Source of the DNA: Bacteroidia bacterium
GTDB lineage: Bacteria > Bacteroidota > Bacteroidia > NS11-12g > UBA9320
Length of the DNA stretch: 64,000 nucleotides
Direction: 5' to 3'
Assembly: GCA_965216465.1 (NCBI GenBank)
Contig: CBDCFW010000003.1
Location: 256,001 to 320,000, forward strand
In this document: in pieces, positions 48,975-60,020 of the stretch
Layout: each line of letters begins with the position of its first letter
How positions within the stretch are numbered: the stretch's first letter is position 1
Made by a program: the position numbers and the translations under genes
The notes under the pieces: model-generated
What the model saw: only the letters and a program-made list of their open reading frames with translations
Database searches by the model: none
What the model was told of the DNA's origin: nothing

Positions 48975-49832
48975 CTAGTAGGTTGCGACGAAACTTCCAC
49001 CAGTAATGGAAACGGTATTTCCATCTTTCTCGGCCTCAAAACTAAAGGTTCCTTTTATCACTCCAGAAATGTCGTCGAACTCGGTAATATTGATGGTTCC
49101 ATCCGTGGGAGTATAGAATTCGGTTGATGATGCATTGTACTGAGCACGATAATCTCCGAAGAATGAAATTTCATGTTCGCCTACGGTTGCATTATCTGGT
49201 ACCACAATGCCAATAGCCGTGTTGTTAGGGCCATTTCCAACTGTGTTGATCATACCTAAACCTTTAACAGCAGTAACATTAGTCGCAGACCATGCTGAAC
49301 CATCGACCGTTGCCGTCATGGTTTTCCCAGGAGTTGGAGGCAATTCTGTGCTGAATGGAAGGTCAACAAATTCGATACTAACACTAACGATTTTATCGTC
49401 CAATATACGTCTGGCCTCAGTAACGATTGAACCACTACATTTTTTAGAAGTTTTATCAAACTTGGTGAACGACATTTCTCCCGGGAACGGCGTAGATCCG
49501 TCAAACTGATTGGTGGTGTAAGCACTCTCACCATTAGGCACATACGCTAATGCATCAGTTTCGTCTTCATAGTAAAATTGGTAAGGAAGTCCTACCTCAT
49601 ATCCATCAAAAAGAAGCATGCGAACAGTGATAATATCACCACTATTTGTTTCCATAGCCATTACAAAAGTTTCGTTATTGTAATAGCCAGCGCTTTTGGT
49701 TTTTACTGATAGTGTTGCACCATCAATTTTAGCAGTAAACGAAGCTCCTGGAGCAGCGTCTTCGCTTTTGCATCCCGACATGGCAAAAAGGGAAGCAATC
49801 GTAATCATTGTAAGGATTTTAATTGTTTTCAT
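48975..49832 (-). CDS. Lipoprotein, DUF6252-like repeats
   Basis: Lipobox MSGC; FTAKIDG / MTATVDG repeats; IKGTFSFEA. Confidence 0.7.
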   Translation of the reverse strand: MKTIKILTMITIASLFAMSGCKSEDAAPGASFTAKIDGATLSVKTKSAGYYNNETFVMAMETNSGDIITVRMLLFDGYEVGLPYQFYYEDETDALAYVPNGESAYTTNQFDGSTPFPGEMSFTKFDKTSKKCSGSIVTEARRILDDKIVSVSIEFVDLPFSTELPPTPGKTMTATVDGSAWSATNVTAVKGLGMINTVGNGPNNTAIGIVVPDNATVGEHEISFFGDYRAQYNASSTEFYTPTDGTINITEFDDISGVIKGTFSFEAEKDGNTVSITGGSFVATY

Positions 49833-49867
49833 ATCTGAATTTTAGAGTTAGAGCGAATATAAGAAAA

Positions 49868-50737
49868 TCAGCGATAAACTGAAATGTATCCGTTATCATA
49901 AAATTGGGTGTCTAGATTGGTTAGTATGGCACAATTGATCTCAGCTTTGAAGAAACCTGAACCCCAATTTCTTTCTATGATCCTCAATTCTCCATCCACT
50001 CCAGGAGATGTACCTGTTCCAAACACATTTCTAAGCTGAACATCACCAAACTCTGAAATTTTGTAACTGCCAGTGTCAAGATGCTCTGGAAAGCTGAGAA
50101 TTTTTCGGCTAGTTCTGTTCGAGGCAGGAATAAATTTTGTACCCTCTAAATAGACTACGCCCTTATGTTCACTCCAAGTATGTGCGTCTGCCTCCCAAAC
50201 AATGTTGAACCATCGATTGTGTAGTTCAAATTCCGTTTCGCGGTTAGGATTAATAACCCGCGGTTCAAACAAAAGGGCTTCAAAGTTCACCTCGATATTT
50301 ATTGAACCTGAACTGTTCAGAGCTAATAACTTGGCCTCAACAGAACCGTTGTGAAATTCAGATTTGTTAAGAGATTGAACTTCTATGCTCCCTCCAAATG
50401 GAGGTTCTTGAAGGCTTAGATGGTTCGTCGAGAATGTCTCACCATCTTTGTAGTACGATACCTTGTTTTTCCAATCGCCAAAGAAAAACCGCGACTGCAA
50501 TCGACCTATGGAGTCTTTCTCAAGGGTACTTCGTATGATAAGTATACTTCCATCCGAAAATTCAACACGAAACACCGCTATGTGCTCGTCATACATCAAT
50601 GTAGATTGAGATGTTATTGTTTGCAAAGAATCATCAATTTTTACTTCAAGAGAACTTACTGCTGAGGGTGTTTCAGTTTTGCAACTTGCACATGCAACGA
50701 CAACGAGAAACGTTATCACTTGGGTAAATGTTTTCAT
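49868..50737 (-). CDS. Lipoprotein, possibly related to neighbour
   Basis: Lipobox CASC; similar size and layout. Confidence 0.6.
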   Translation of the reverse strand: MKTFTQVITFLVVVACASCKTETPSAVSSLEVKIDDSLQTITSQSTLMYDEHIAVFRVEFSDGSILIIRSTLEKDSIGRLQSRFFFGDWKNKVSYYKDGETFSTNHLSLQEPPFGGSIEVQSLNKSEFHNGSVEAKLLALNSSGSINIEVNFEALLFEPRVINPNRETEFELHNRWFNIVWEADAHTWSEHKGVVYLEGTKFIPASNRTSRKILSFPEHLDTGSYKISEFGDVQLRNVFGTGTSPGVDGELRIIERNWGSGFFKAEINCAILTNLDTQFYDNGYISVYR

Positions 50738-50757
50738 ATTAGGTCTTCTGTCTATCC

Positions 50758-51375
50758 TTACGAACGGCTGTTGTCTACATTTATTGCTCCTCCTCCAATG
50801 AAATGAAACAGCATGTAAGCCGCCAGATCAAACACCACTTTCAATGCCATGAAAAGTAGGAAAGCTCCCCCTCCCATTCCCGTATTTACAGGTGAGAATA
50901 TGATAAATAGATGTATTGGAATGATTCGCGTGTAAGCAGCTATAACTGAAGGCTTTGGGTAGCTCTGTGTCGTTGGAATAACCTCTCGTCCAAATACGAA
51001 AGCCAAGTTCATTACCAAGGTTCCTAAGGTTATGCGAATAAAGCTGTAGAGCGAAAGATAGTGTTCTATCTCGCCTTTCAGGCTCATGCCGGTTAGAAAT
51101 ACAAAATATACCAGATGGAAGAGCCCGAAATGCAGGATAAAAAAGAAGGTAAAGGCAAACTTCTTAAGCGGAAAAATTGAACGATCACGCTTGGTCTTTT
51201 GGATGAAAGACAAGCCCACATATTCTATTCCAATAAAAACAGACTGTAAGTAATATCCCCAGATTATGAAACGAGCATCATAATTGTTGGTTAAGTACAA
51301 TCCTATCAAGACTGCATTAAAAACAATAATGAACCAGAATTCGGGATCACGGAATATGGAAGATTTACCTTTCAA
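50758..51375 (-). CDS. DUF6498-like membrane protein
   Basis: YYLQSVFIG, FFILHFGLFHLVY, YTRIIPIH. Confidence 0.7.
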   Translation of the reverse strand: MKGKSSIFRDPEFWFIIVFNAVLIGLYLTNNYDARFIIWGYYLQSVFIGIEYVGLSFIQKTKRDRSIFPLKKFAFTFFFILHFGLFHLVYFVFLTGMSLKGEIEHYLSLYSFIRITLGTLVMNLAFVFGREVIPTTQSYPKPSVIAAYTRIIPIHLFIIFSPVNTGMGGGAFLLFMALKVVFDLAAYMLFHFIGGGAINVDNSRS

Positions 51376-52190
51376 TTGGGTGTCAGTTTTAGCATGCGGG
51401 TTTTTCCATTGATGTCTTGCCTAAACTCATAAGCAATTGATTCCTGGTTTAACCAAGCCTCAAGCTCATCGTTGTAAAACTCGCTGGTTTCAAAATAACA
51501 TATAGATTTTTGAATTTTTGCAATTTGAGCAATTTGCTTGTAAAACAATAGAACATCATCATCGTCTACAAACAAGGCTAGATGTGGCTCATATTCAAGT
51601 ACATGGCTTGCCATGCTTTTCATTTCGTTGCGTGAAATGTAGGGTGGATTGCTGATTAAAACATCGTAGTCTTTAATATCGTCATTCAAAATGTCGCAGC
51701 GAAAAAAGCGTACATCTAAGTTCAAATTTTTAGCATTTTCTTTGGCTACTATCAAAGCTTCCTTGCTTACATCACATCCTTCAACATTAGCTTCTCCTAA
51801 ATTCTTTTTTAACGCAAGAGCGATACACCCGCTGCCTGTACCAATATCCAGTATTGACTTCCTTCCCATTGCAACTTCATCTTCTAAAACCCAATTAACC
51901 AGCTCTTCTGTTTCCGGCCTTGGGATTAGAACCGAAGAATTAACCTTGACGTTCATGCCATAAAATTCGGCTATACCAAGCACATACTGAATTGGTTTTC
52001 CCTGACTCAAATGCTTAATAATTGAGTTATGTTTACTTTCAGCTTCTGTGTCTTCATCCATTAAGATATGGTGGTACGATTTTTCTTCAACGTGTTGCAA
52101 AACCAAGTGAAAAATAGCCGTAATCTCGTCGGTGGCGTACAAGTTACCTAACTTGCTTATATAGAGCTGCTTGAGTGTTGAAAGTTTCAA
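51372..52190 (-). CDS. prmC: Release factor glutamine methyltransferase
   Basis: PIQYVLG, VLIPRPETEELV, LDIGTGSGCIA, SNPPYI. Confidence 0.95.
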   Translation of the reverse strand: MKLSTLKQLYISKLGNLYATDEITAIFHLVLQHVEEKSYHHILMDEDTEAESKHNSIIKHLSQGKPIQYVLGIAEFYGMNVKVNSSVLIPRPETEELVNWVLEDEVAMGRKSILDIGTGSGCIALALKKNLGEANVEGCDVSKEALIVAKENAKNLNLDVRFFRCDILNDDIKDYDVLISNPPYISRNEMKSMASHVLEYEPHLALFVDDDDVLLFYKQIAQIAKIQKSICYFETSEFYNDELEAWLNQESIAYEFRQDINGKTRMLKLTPN

Positions 52191-52245
52191 AATAAATCGA
52201 GGGTTTCAAACTTAAATATTTATATCATTAAATCTATATGTAATT

Positions 52246-53277
52246 TTGGCGGCGATGACAGACGAGCAAGCAATGGCCTTTTGTTTGGAACTAGCAAATC
52301 TTGGCAATGGCAAGGTTGCTCCTAATCCGATGGTGGGTTGTGTGATTCTAAAAAACAAGAAGATTGTGGCCAGTGGCTATCATCGTCAATATGGAGGTCC
52401 TCATGCAGAAGTAAATGCATTCAATGCTCTCCCGAAAGAAATAGACCCTGCAGATTGCGAAGTATATGTGAGTTTAGAGCCTTGCTCTCACTTTGGAAAA
52501 ACTCCTCCATGTGCTGATTTAATAATCAAGAAAAGACCCAAGCGATTGGTGGTGGGCATGTTAGATCCAAATCCACTAGTTGCGGGCAAAGGATTAGGAC
52601 GAATTAAAAATGCTGGCATCCAAGTTAAAATGGGTGTGTTGGAAGATAAATGCAAGCTTCTAAATAAGCGATTTGTTGTAGCTCACACAAAGAATCGACC
52701 ATTTGTACTGTTAAAATGGGCTGAAACGGCCAGCGGGCACATCGGGCGACTACCTGGGAGTGCAGCATCGAAAAAGATAAGCGACCCAAGAAATGATGGG
52801 TTTGTGCACCAACAACGTGCTTCAAACATGGCCATTCTTATTGGAGCTGAAACCGCCAACCAAGACAATCCAAAGCTAGATGCAAGACACTGGAACGATA
52901 ATCATCCAATAAAGATAATTCTTTCTAAATCAGGAAGCGTAAATCCAAGTTTAGACCTATTTAAAACTGGACGAACTCTTGTGCTAACCGAATCTGAAAT
53001 AGAAGGTGATTTTGAAGTGCTTACTCCCCCCTCTTTTGACATTGAATCTATTCTTGAAACCTTGTACAAGGCCGGGATACAAAGTGTGCTCGTTGAAGGA
53101 GGTAGCAAAGTTTTACAACAGTTTATAAATGCGAACCTGTGGGATGAAATTTTACGGCTTAAGTCCACTAAAATTTGGGAGGATGGAATTACTGCTCCTC
53201 AAATAAACCGGGAACCGGATCATGATGTGAAGCAATACGATGATCAAATTCAAATGTATATTAACTCGTGGCAGTAA
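52246..53277 (+). CDS. ribD: Riboflavin biosynthesis deaminase/reductase
   Basis: PNPMVG, HAEV, LEPCSHFGKTPPC, VLVEGG. Confidence 0.95.
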   Translation: MAAMTDEQAMAFCLELANLGNGKVAPNPMVGCVILKNKKIVASGYHRQYGGPHAEVNAFNALPKEIDPADCEVYVSLEPCSHFGKTPPCADLIIKKRPKRLVVGMLDPNPLVAGKGLGRIKNAGIQVKMGVLEDKCKLLNKRFVVAHTKNRPFVLLKWAETASGHIGRLPGSAASKKISDPRNDGFVHQQRASNMAILIGAETANQDNPKLDARHWNDNHPIKIILSKSGSVNPSLDLFKTGRTLVLTESEIEGDFEVLTPPSFDIESILETLYKAGIQSVLVEGGSKVLQQFINANLWDEILRLKSTKIWEDGITAPQINREPDHDVKQYDDQIQMYINSWQ

Positions 53278-54131
53278 CTTTCTTACTTCTTAGCATCGCT
53301 TTAAATACTGCTGTTAACCTGATATTCAGATGGTTTAAGGTTTTTGAGATAAATAAGTTACATGCCATAGTTGTTAACTATTTAATCTGCTTTCTGGTAG
53401 GTTTGAGCATTTCAAATGAGCGAGATATTCTTGGCTACATCGATCAACATTGGTTCTTGTATAGCCTCTTGCTTGGGGTACTCTTTATTAGCATATTCTA
53501 TTTAATGGCATTAACCACTGAAAAATTAGGAGTAAGTGTAAATGCCGTTAGCAATAAAATGTCAGTGGTCATACCTGTTTCTTTTGCTTTAATTGTTGCT
53601 AAAGAAAGCTTCAGTTTACTTTTTTTAGTTGGTATAATTATCTCATTAGCAAGCATATATCTAATCTCAGGTAAAAAGAACATGAGAATAGAACGGAAAT
53701 ATTATGCACTTCCCGTTGGGGTATTTTTGGGAGGAGGATTTATCGATACTTCCTTAAAACTATTGGAGACAAATTTTGCATCGGAAGTAGAATTGAGCAC
53801 AATTACTTATACTATATTTCTGGGAGCATTTATAACAGGTTTATTCATTGTTCTACTAAGCGGACTAAATCGAAATAAGCTTAGTGCAAAGAACGGTTTG
53901 GCGGGTATTGTACTGGGTGTACCCAACTTTTTTTCGGTGTTCTTTCTACTAAAGGCAATTGAAGCGTTCTCATTAAAGAGTGCATTTGTATTTGGCATTA
54001 ACAACGTTTCTATTGTATTGGTCAGCACGGTGTTATCTATTGTAATTTTTAAAGAACAGCTTTCTCGATTCAACAGAATTGGTTTAATTTTGGCCATTGT
54101 ATCGATCATTATAATTGCTTATGCCAGCTGA
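53268..54131 (+). CDS. DMT/EamA family transporter
   Basis: About 10 TM; follows ribD. Confidence 0.8.
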   Translation: MAVTFLLLSIALNTAVNLIFRWFKVFEINKLHAIVVNYLICFLVGLSISNERDILGYIDQHWFLYSLLLGVLFISIFYLMALTTEKLGVSVNAVSNKMSVVIPVSFALIVAKESFSLLFLVGIIISLASIYLISGKKNMRIERKYYALPVGVFLGGGFIDTSLKLLETNFASEVELSTITYTIFLGAFITGLFIVLLSGLNRNKLSAKNGLAGIVLGVPNFFSVFFLLKAIEAFSLKSAFVFGINNVSIVLVSTVLSIVIFKEQLSRFNRIGLILAIVSIIIIAYAS

Positions 54132-54705
54132 TACTTATCTAGGAATTGAGAGGGAGTTTAAGAGTTACCACAAGTTAGGTGGCAGCAAATTCTATGGTTT
54201 CCTCTTTCCTGTTAGGCATTTAGAGCATTTTGAGCAGCAGATTAAAGAATTTAAACAGCAATTTGAAGATGCCACTCACGTGTGTTCTGCCTGTGTAATT
54301 GGTATTAACAGAGAAACGCAGCGTTTTAGCGACGATGGAGAACCTAGCAACAGTTCAGGACGCCCCATGTTAAACGCATTACTGTCTAAAAATTTAACTT
54401 ACGTAGGCACTGCAGTGGTACGTTATTATGGAGGCAAAAAGCTGGGAATTCCTGGTTTGATAGAGGCCTATGGTGGTGCCACCCAGCTATGTATCAATCA
54501 AGCTGAAATTTTAGAGCTAGTTCTGAAAGATAATATCGTTTGCTCGATTGATGAAGACAAGGCCTATTTGTTATATAACTTCCTTGGAAAGCGTTCAGAC
54601 CTCTCCTACCAAGTCGCCGATGGTCAATTTAATATTAGCTGTGCTCAAAGTATGACTGAAGGCTTACGGAAAGAGTTATCAGAAATCGATACCTTAGCGT
54701 TTTGA
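54115..54705 (+). CDS. YigZ/IMPACT family protein
   Basis: SKF, SDDGEPS..SGRPM, VVRYYGGKKLG..GLIEAY. Confidence 0.9.
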   Translation: MLMPADTYLGIEREFKSYHKLGGSKFYGFLFPVRHLEHFEQQIKEFKQQFEDATHVCSACVIGINRETQRFSDDGEPSNSSGRPMLNALLSKNLTYVGTAVVRYYGGKKLGIPGLIEAYGGATQLCINQAEILELVLKDNIVCSIDEDKAYLLYNFLGKRSDLSYQVADGQFNISCAQSMTEGLRKELSEIDTLAF

Positions 54706-54706
54706 A

Positions 54707-56392
54707 ATGAGGTTCAGGCTGTTACATATTGCACTATTTGCACTTATTCCGTTTGTAGGTATTGCTCAAACTAATAATATCAATGCCCCTAATTACCAAC
54801 TTATTCTTCTTGAAGAGCTTCCTCAAAAAGGTGCAGACATTCATCACGAAACACGGTTATTAAATTACTTCAATCTTGGAGATGATTTCAGCTTCAAAAA
54901 GTCTTATGATATCAGCAGCCCATATGCGCAGCACTTAACTTACAAACAATACTACAAAGACAAGCAGATCTTGTTTACATCCGTAAAAATGCATATTAAA
55001 CTTGATGGATCGGTGATTCTACAAGCTAATGTATATGCGAATGAAGTAGCAGATTATCGTCCAGATATGGAATACCTTTTACCTACATCCAAAGGATTAG
55101 TTTCGGTGAACGAAGTTGAAGTACCTCATGACGTTTATCCCAGAACGACATATATAGACGGTAATAACAATACGCTGTTTGAAAAATTCAAATACAAGTA
55201 CTATAAAGATACAACAGCTAAGGCACAGGTCTATATGGTGAATCCGATTAATACGGCCAATACATCGTATGGAGGAAACTACATAGACAATGGAGATCAA
55301 AGCAATAGTTCACTTGATTCACAGCGGGTTTGGGTTGATTTAAATCTGAATTATGAGGATGATAGTTTTAGACTTGAATCGAAGTTCATGTTCTTAAAAG
55401 AAATAAGTTTTCCTTTTGAAGCACCATTTAATCAGATCTCAGACACATTCTCTTTTAATCGAGGTGAACAAGGTTTTGAAGCTGTAAATACTTACTACCA
55501 TATTAATGAGTACGCGAAGTATATTGAGTCTCTAGGTTATTCGTCTATAGTTGATACCCTAGGTGTTGACGTGCACGCCTTTGGAGGTGCTGATAATTCA
55601 GCTTATGATCCTGACAATCATACCTTACAGTTTGGAGAAGGTGGCGTTGATGATGCGGAGGATGGCGAAGTTATTATACACGAATTTGTTCATTCCTTAA
55701 GCGAATTGGCATCGCCAGACAATACGATCGGAAAAGAAAGAGGTGCTATGGAAGAAGGGCACTGCGACTACATGGCCAAAGCCTATAGCAGAACCTACAA
55801 CGACAATACTCCTAACCAGGTGTTTAGTTGGGATGGATTTAATCCATTTTTTGATGGCATTGATATCAACACAGGGAAAGATTATCCTGAAGATCTTACC
55901 GGCGTACAAAATGTCGATCGTGATGTGTGGTCGAGTGCATTGATGTGCGTTCATGATTATATAGGTCAACGAGCTACCGATAGTTTAGTCCTTGAACACT
56001 TCTTTTATCAAGCCGAGAGTACTTCTATGGCCCAAATGGCTAAGATTCTATTGACTATTGACAGTGCAGATTTTAACAGAAGATATTACTCGCCGCTTAA
56101 GCAATGCTTAGTCGATGCGGGATTTGTAGATCGAGGTGCCGTAGCAAAACCTCCACAACATAAGTTGCTGACTATACTTAATTCAGCAGGTTTTTCAACG
56201 GGTGAAGCTCCAGCGATCATAGTGCTTAATTCTCCTGGCCAATGGCAATTGTACAACGTGGCAGGCCAATTGGTTGATGCTGGAAAAGCAGAAAGAAGAA
56301 TTGAATTGCAGCCATCTGATTATGCAAAAGGAGTCTATATTCTTCATTTAAAGGTGGATAATCAAGATTATTCTTTTAAACTTGTCCGATAG
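54707..56392 (+). CDS. T9SS-secreted zinc metallopeptidase (M36/M4-like)
   Basis: DAEDGEVIIHEFVH, MEEGHCDY, C-terminal GVYILHL CTD. Confidence 0.8.
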   Translation: MRFRLLHIALFALIPFVGIAQTNNINAPNYQLILLEELPQKGADIHHETRLLNYFNLGDDFSFKKSYDISSPYAQHLTYKQYYKDKQILFTSVKMHIKLDGSVILQANVYANEVADYRPDMEYLLPTSKGLVSVNEVEVPHDVYPRTTYIDGNNNTLFEKFKYKYYKDTTAKAQVYMVNPINTANTSYGGNYIDNGDQSNSSLDSQRVWVDLNLNYEDDSFRLESKFMFLKEISFPFEAPFNQISDTFSFNRGEQGFEAVNTYYHINEYAKYIESLGYSSIVDTLGVDVHAFGGADNSAYDPDNHTLQFGEGGVDDAEDGEVIIHEFVHSLSELASPDNTIGKERGAMEEGHCDYMAKAYSRTYNDNTPNQVFSWDGFNPFFDGIDINTGKDYPEDLTGVQNVDRDVWSSALMCVHDYIGQRATDSLVLEHFFYQAESTSMAQMAKILLTIDSADFNRRYYSPLKQCLVDAGFVDRGAVAKPPQHKLLTILNSAGFSTGEAPAIIVLNSPGQWQLYNVAGQLVDAGKAERRIELQPSDYAKGVYILHLKVDNQDYSFKLVR

Positions 56393-57701
56393 TAATTTCC
56401 TATTGTCGAACATCGTAAAAATCCATACTGATCAAAAATCTCCACGTAGCAATTATGTGTTTGATTTGATATTTAAAGAGCTCTTAGGCGTTGATTATGA
56501 ATACGTTGCGTCAGATGAAGCCGATTTAAATTACAGTACAACACAGTCAGAAGGATTGCATTGTGTACCTCATGGATTACTCACGGAGACCACATTACGT
56601 GAGACTATAAAAGATGAGATACATTTTGGAGCATGGCTAAACTCCAACTGCTTCTTTCGTACAGGAGGAGAACTCCCGTATGATATATTCTCAGCTGCCT
56701 TTTACTTAACCTCGAGATATGAAGAGTACTTAGACTTTCAGGCTGATGCTCACAATCGATTTCCAGCTGAGGAATCAGTTTTACATAAGGCTAAGTTGCT
56801 AGAAGAACCGCTGGTGAATCAATGGGCTTTGATCTTAAAAGAAGCCCTCATTAAAGTAAACCCATCGTTACAATTCTATCCAAGAAGTTTTGAGTTTATT
56901 TCGACACTCGATATTGATCAAGCTTGGAAGTTCAAAAACAAAGGGTTTAGACGAAACTTAGGGGGATTACTGCGAGATGTAGTAAAATTAGATTTTAAAC
57001 AAGTTAAAGAACGCATGGCTGTAATGTTCAATTTGAAGGAAGATCCCTTCTTCAATTTCGACTGGCAGGAGCAAGTTCATAGTGCAAATGGTATTGAGTC
57101 GAGGTACTTTATTTTGCTTGGAAGCCATAGCGAATTTGACAAGAATATTAGCCCTGATAACATAGAATTTCAAAGCTTAATTAGACACATTAATTCGTAT
57201 TCCAATTCTCGAATTGGCATCCATCCATCCTATCAAAGCAATTATAACTCAGACCTAATCCAAAAAGAAATTAAGCGTTTAAGTGACATTTGTGAAGCCG
57301 AAATTGATACAAGTCGGCAACATTTTCTAATGCATGAAATGCCAAATACTTATGAGCATTTGGAGCATATTGGAATTGTAGAAGAGCACACCATGGGATA
57401 TTCTACACACTTCGGATTTAGAGCCGGAATAGCGGCACCATTTTATTTTTACAATCTAGAATTTGAACTGAAGACTTCCATGAAACTCTACCCTTTTTGT
57501 GCCATGGATATTACACCGCTGCACTATCGTGGAGAGAGCCCTGAGCAAGCCAAAATCGTTTTAGATGAATTAATGGATAAGGTTAAAGCTGTAGGCGGAT
57601 TATTTATTCCGTTATGGCATAACGAAAGTCTCAGTGAATCTGGCCGTTGGAAAAATTGGCGTATGGTGTATCAGCATATTATTGAGCAAAGCAATGCGTA
57701 A
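56382..57701 (+). CDS. Polysaccharide deacetylase family protein
   Basis: STLDID, IGIHPSY, RQHFL, GFRAG, LWHNE. Confidence 0.85.
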   Translation: MSDSNFLLSNIVKIHTDQKSPRSNYVFDLIFKELLGVDYEYVASDEADLNYSTTQSEGLHCVPHGLLTETTLRETIKDEIHFGAWLNSNCFFRTGGELPYDIFSAAFYLTSRYEEYLDFQADAHNRFPAEESVLHKAKLLEEPLVNQWALILKEALIKVNPSLQFYPRSFEFISTLDIDQAWKFKNKGFRRNLGGLLRDVVKLDFKQVKERMAVMFNLKEDPFFNFDWQEQVHSANGIESRYFILLGSHSEFDKNISPDNIEFQSLIRHINSYSNSRIGIHPSYQSNYNSDLIQKEIKRLSDICEAEIDTSRQHFLMHEMPNTYEHLEHIGIVEEHTMGYSTHFGFRAGIAAPFYFYNLEFELKTSMKLYPFCAMDITPLHYRGESPEQAKIVLDELMDKVKAVGGLFIPLWHNESLSESGRWKNWRMVYQHIIEQSNA

Positions 57702-57718
57702 GTGCTATCTTCGTAGCA

Positions 57719-58510
57719 ATGTGTTACGACATTAAAACCTCCTTAGAGAAGCAGCTTCGAAGGGCTATTCTAGATGGTAATCAAGCCCAAATTGATGAAA
57801 TCAATGAAAAGTTGAGCATCTTCTCTCCTACTGAAATTGAATTGAACCATGCATCCGGCTTTACTCACCCTAAAATCATCATATACACCAACGAAGCACC
57901 CATGAAACCTGTGTTGTCTCAATGGGGCTTGGTTCCGCCATGGGTGAAGGATGATGCACAAAAGAATACGCTATGGAATCGTACCCTTAATGCTCGAGGA
58001 GAAACAATGTTTGAAAAACCCAGTTTTAGATCGTCTGCAAAGAATAAGCGATGTTTAATTTTTCTGGAGGGATTTTATGAGCATCAATACGTCAAAGGCA
58101 AAACGTATCCCTACTATATAAGTCACAAAGAGAAGGATTTAATTGCTGTTGCTGGATTGTACAGCGAGTGGAAGCATCCAAGTCTTGATGAACCGCTCAA
58201 TACGTTTGCAATAGTAACAACCAAAGCAAATAGCTTAATGGCCGAAATACATAACAATCCAAAACTCGCTGAACCGCGTATGCCATTGATATTGCCTGAA
58301 GAACTACAAGAGCAATGGTTGCTAAACATAGATGAACCAACAGATAAAGAATTGGTCGAAGAGCTAATTAAGCCCTACCCTGATGATGAACTGGAAGCAC
58401 ACACCGTTGCCCGGTTAAAAGGCAAGAATGCTATAGGTAATGTTAAAGAAGCTTCTAAAGAAGTGGTTTATGCTGAATTAAGCGGCGATCAAAACCTAAA
58501 ATTATTCTAG
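57719..58510 (+). CDS. SOS response-associated peptidase (SRAP/HMCES)
   Basis: N-terminal MC, WGLVP, NARGET, GFYE, HN...RMP. Confidence 0.92.
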   Translation: MCYDIKTSLEKQLRRAILDGNQAQIDEINEKLSIFSPTEIELNHASGFTHPKIIIYTNEAPMKPVLSQWGLVPPWVKDDAQKNTLWNRTLNARGETMFEKPSFRSSAKNKRCLIFLEGFYEHQYVKGKTYPYYISHKEKDLIAVAGLYSEWKHPSLDEPLNTFAIVTTKANSLMAEIHNNPKLAEPRMPLILPEELQEQWLLNIDEPTDKELVEELIKPYPDDELEAHTVARLKGKNAIGNVKEASKEVVYAELSGDQNLKLF

Positions 58511-58580
58511 TGCTAAATCATAGGTAAATCTGATGAAGATGCATTGGAGAATTACTGTTCAATAAACTACATTCGCAGCA

Positions 58581-60020
58581 ATGAATGTAAGAGACTTAGA
58601 ACCTAAAGTTGTTTGGAATCATTTCGCCGATTTAAACGAAGTTCCAAGACCAAGTAAGAAAGAAGAGCGCGTTATCGCTTTTATGCAAGAATTTGGAAAT
58701 AAACTTAGCCTAGATACCTATACCGATGCTATTGGTAACGTAATCATAAAAAAGCCAGCTACCGCAGGCATGGAAGACCGTAAAACAGTTATCATTCAAA
58801 GCCATTTAGATATGGTTCATCAAAAGAATGCAGATACTGATTTTGATTTCAGTACCCAAGGAATTGAAATGTATATCGATGATGATTGGGTTCGTGCTCG
58901 AGGAACTACGTTAGGAGCTGATAACGGTATGGGAGTAGCTGCTATCATGGCATTGTTGAGTTCTACAGATATTCCACATCCTGCAATTGAAGCCTTGTTT
59001 ACCATAGATGAAGAAACAGGTATGACAGGTGCAATGAACTTAGAGCAAGGAATACTTGATGGACAAATTCTTCTGAATCTAGATACGGAAGATGACGATG
59101 AGTTCTCAATTGGTTGTGCTGGTGGAATTGACACCAACACCAAGTTTAGCTACCAAAACGTAGCTGTGATTGATGGATCAAATACCTATAAAATTACTGT
59201 AAATGGTCTTAAAGGTGGTCATTCAGGAGTTGATATTGACTTAGAAAGAGGGAATGCCAACAAGATAATGAACCGATTGATGTATCAATGTGAGCAGTAC
59301 AACTTGCAAATCGTTGAAATAAATGGCGGTAGTTTACGCAACGCAATTCCGCGTGAAAGCTTTGCCACAGTTACAGCTAGTGCTGAATATGTAAATGAAG
59401 TGAATCAAAGAGCTGCTGCAATTAAGGTTGAGTTTGAAGATGAAGATCCAGGTCTAAATATCGTTATTGAGCAAGTTGATGCCGTTAACGAAGCGATGTC
59501 AATTGCAGATACAAATACAGTTACGAAAACGCTTTATGCGTGCCACAATGGTGTCTTTAGGATGAGTAGAGCAATTGCCGGCTTGGTAGAAACATCTTCT
59601 TCTTTAGCTCGAGTAATTGTTAAAGATGGTGAGTTTGTCACTCAAAGCTTGCAGCGTTCGTCGTCTGAAAGCAGTAAGATGGATGTTGCCTATACAGTTG
59701 CAGCACCTTTCCATTTAATGGGTTGTAGTGTTGAGCACGCGGGGTCTTATCCAGGATGGGCTCCAAACCCTAAATCAGAAATTATGGACGTATTGATTCA
59801 TAAGTATGAAGAAATGTTTAACGACAAACCGAAGGTTATGGCTATTCACGCAGGACTAGAATGTGGACTGCTTGGAGAGCGTTATCCCGGTCTAGACATG
59901 ATTAGCTTTGGCCCTACCATTAAAGGAGCACATAGTCCTGATGAGCGTTGTGGAATTAAATCTACCCAAAAGTTCTGGGCATTTTTGCTAGAAATATTAG
60001 CAAATACTCCGGCTAAATAA
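58581..60020 (+). CDS. pepD: Aminoacyl-histidine dipeptidase
   Basis: QSHLDMV, LGADNG, DEETGM, IHAGLECG, HSPDE. Confidence 0.93.
   Translation: MNVRDLEPKVVWNHFADLNEVPRPSKKEERVIAFMQEFGNKLSLDTYTDAIGNVIIKKPATAGMEDRKTVIIQSHLDMVHQKNADTDFDFSTQGIEMYIDDDWVRARGTTLGADNGMGVAAIMALLSSTDIPHPAIEALFTIDEETGMTGAMNLEQGILDGQILLNLDTEDDDEFSIGCAGGIDTNTKFSYQNVAVIDGSNTYKITVNGLKGGHSGVDIDLERGNANKIMNRLMYQCEQYNLQIVEINGGSLRNAIPRESFATVTASAEYVNEVNQRAAAIKVEFEDEDPGLNIVIEQVDAVNEAMSIADTNTVTKTLYACHNGVFRMSRAIAGLVETSSSLARVIVKDGEFVTQSLQRSSSESSKMDVAYTVAAPFHLMGCSVEHAGSYPGWAPNPKSEIMDVLIHKYEEMFNDKPKVMAIHAGLECGLLGERYPGLDMISFGPTIKGAHSPDERCGIKSTQKFWAFLLEILANTPAK

Noticed and set aside
57719-58510. SRAP gene as part of the prophage system
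   Set aside because: About 13 kb outside dif, embedded in a housekeeping gene run.
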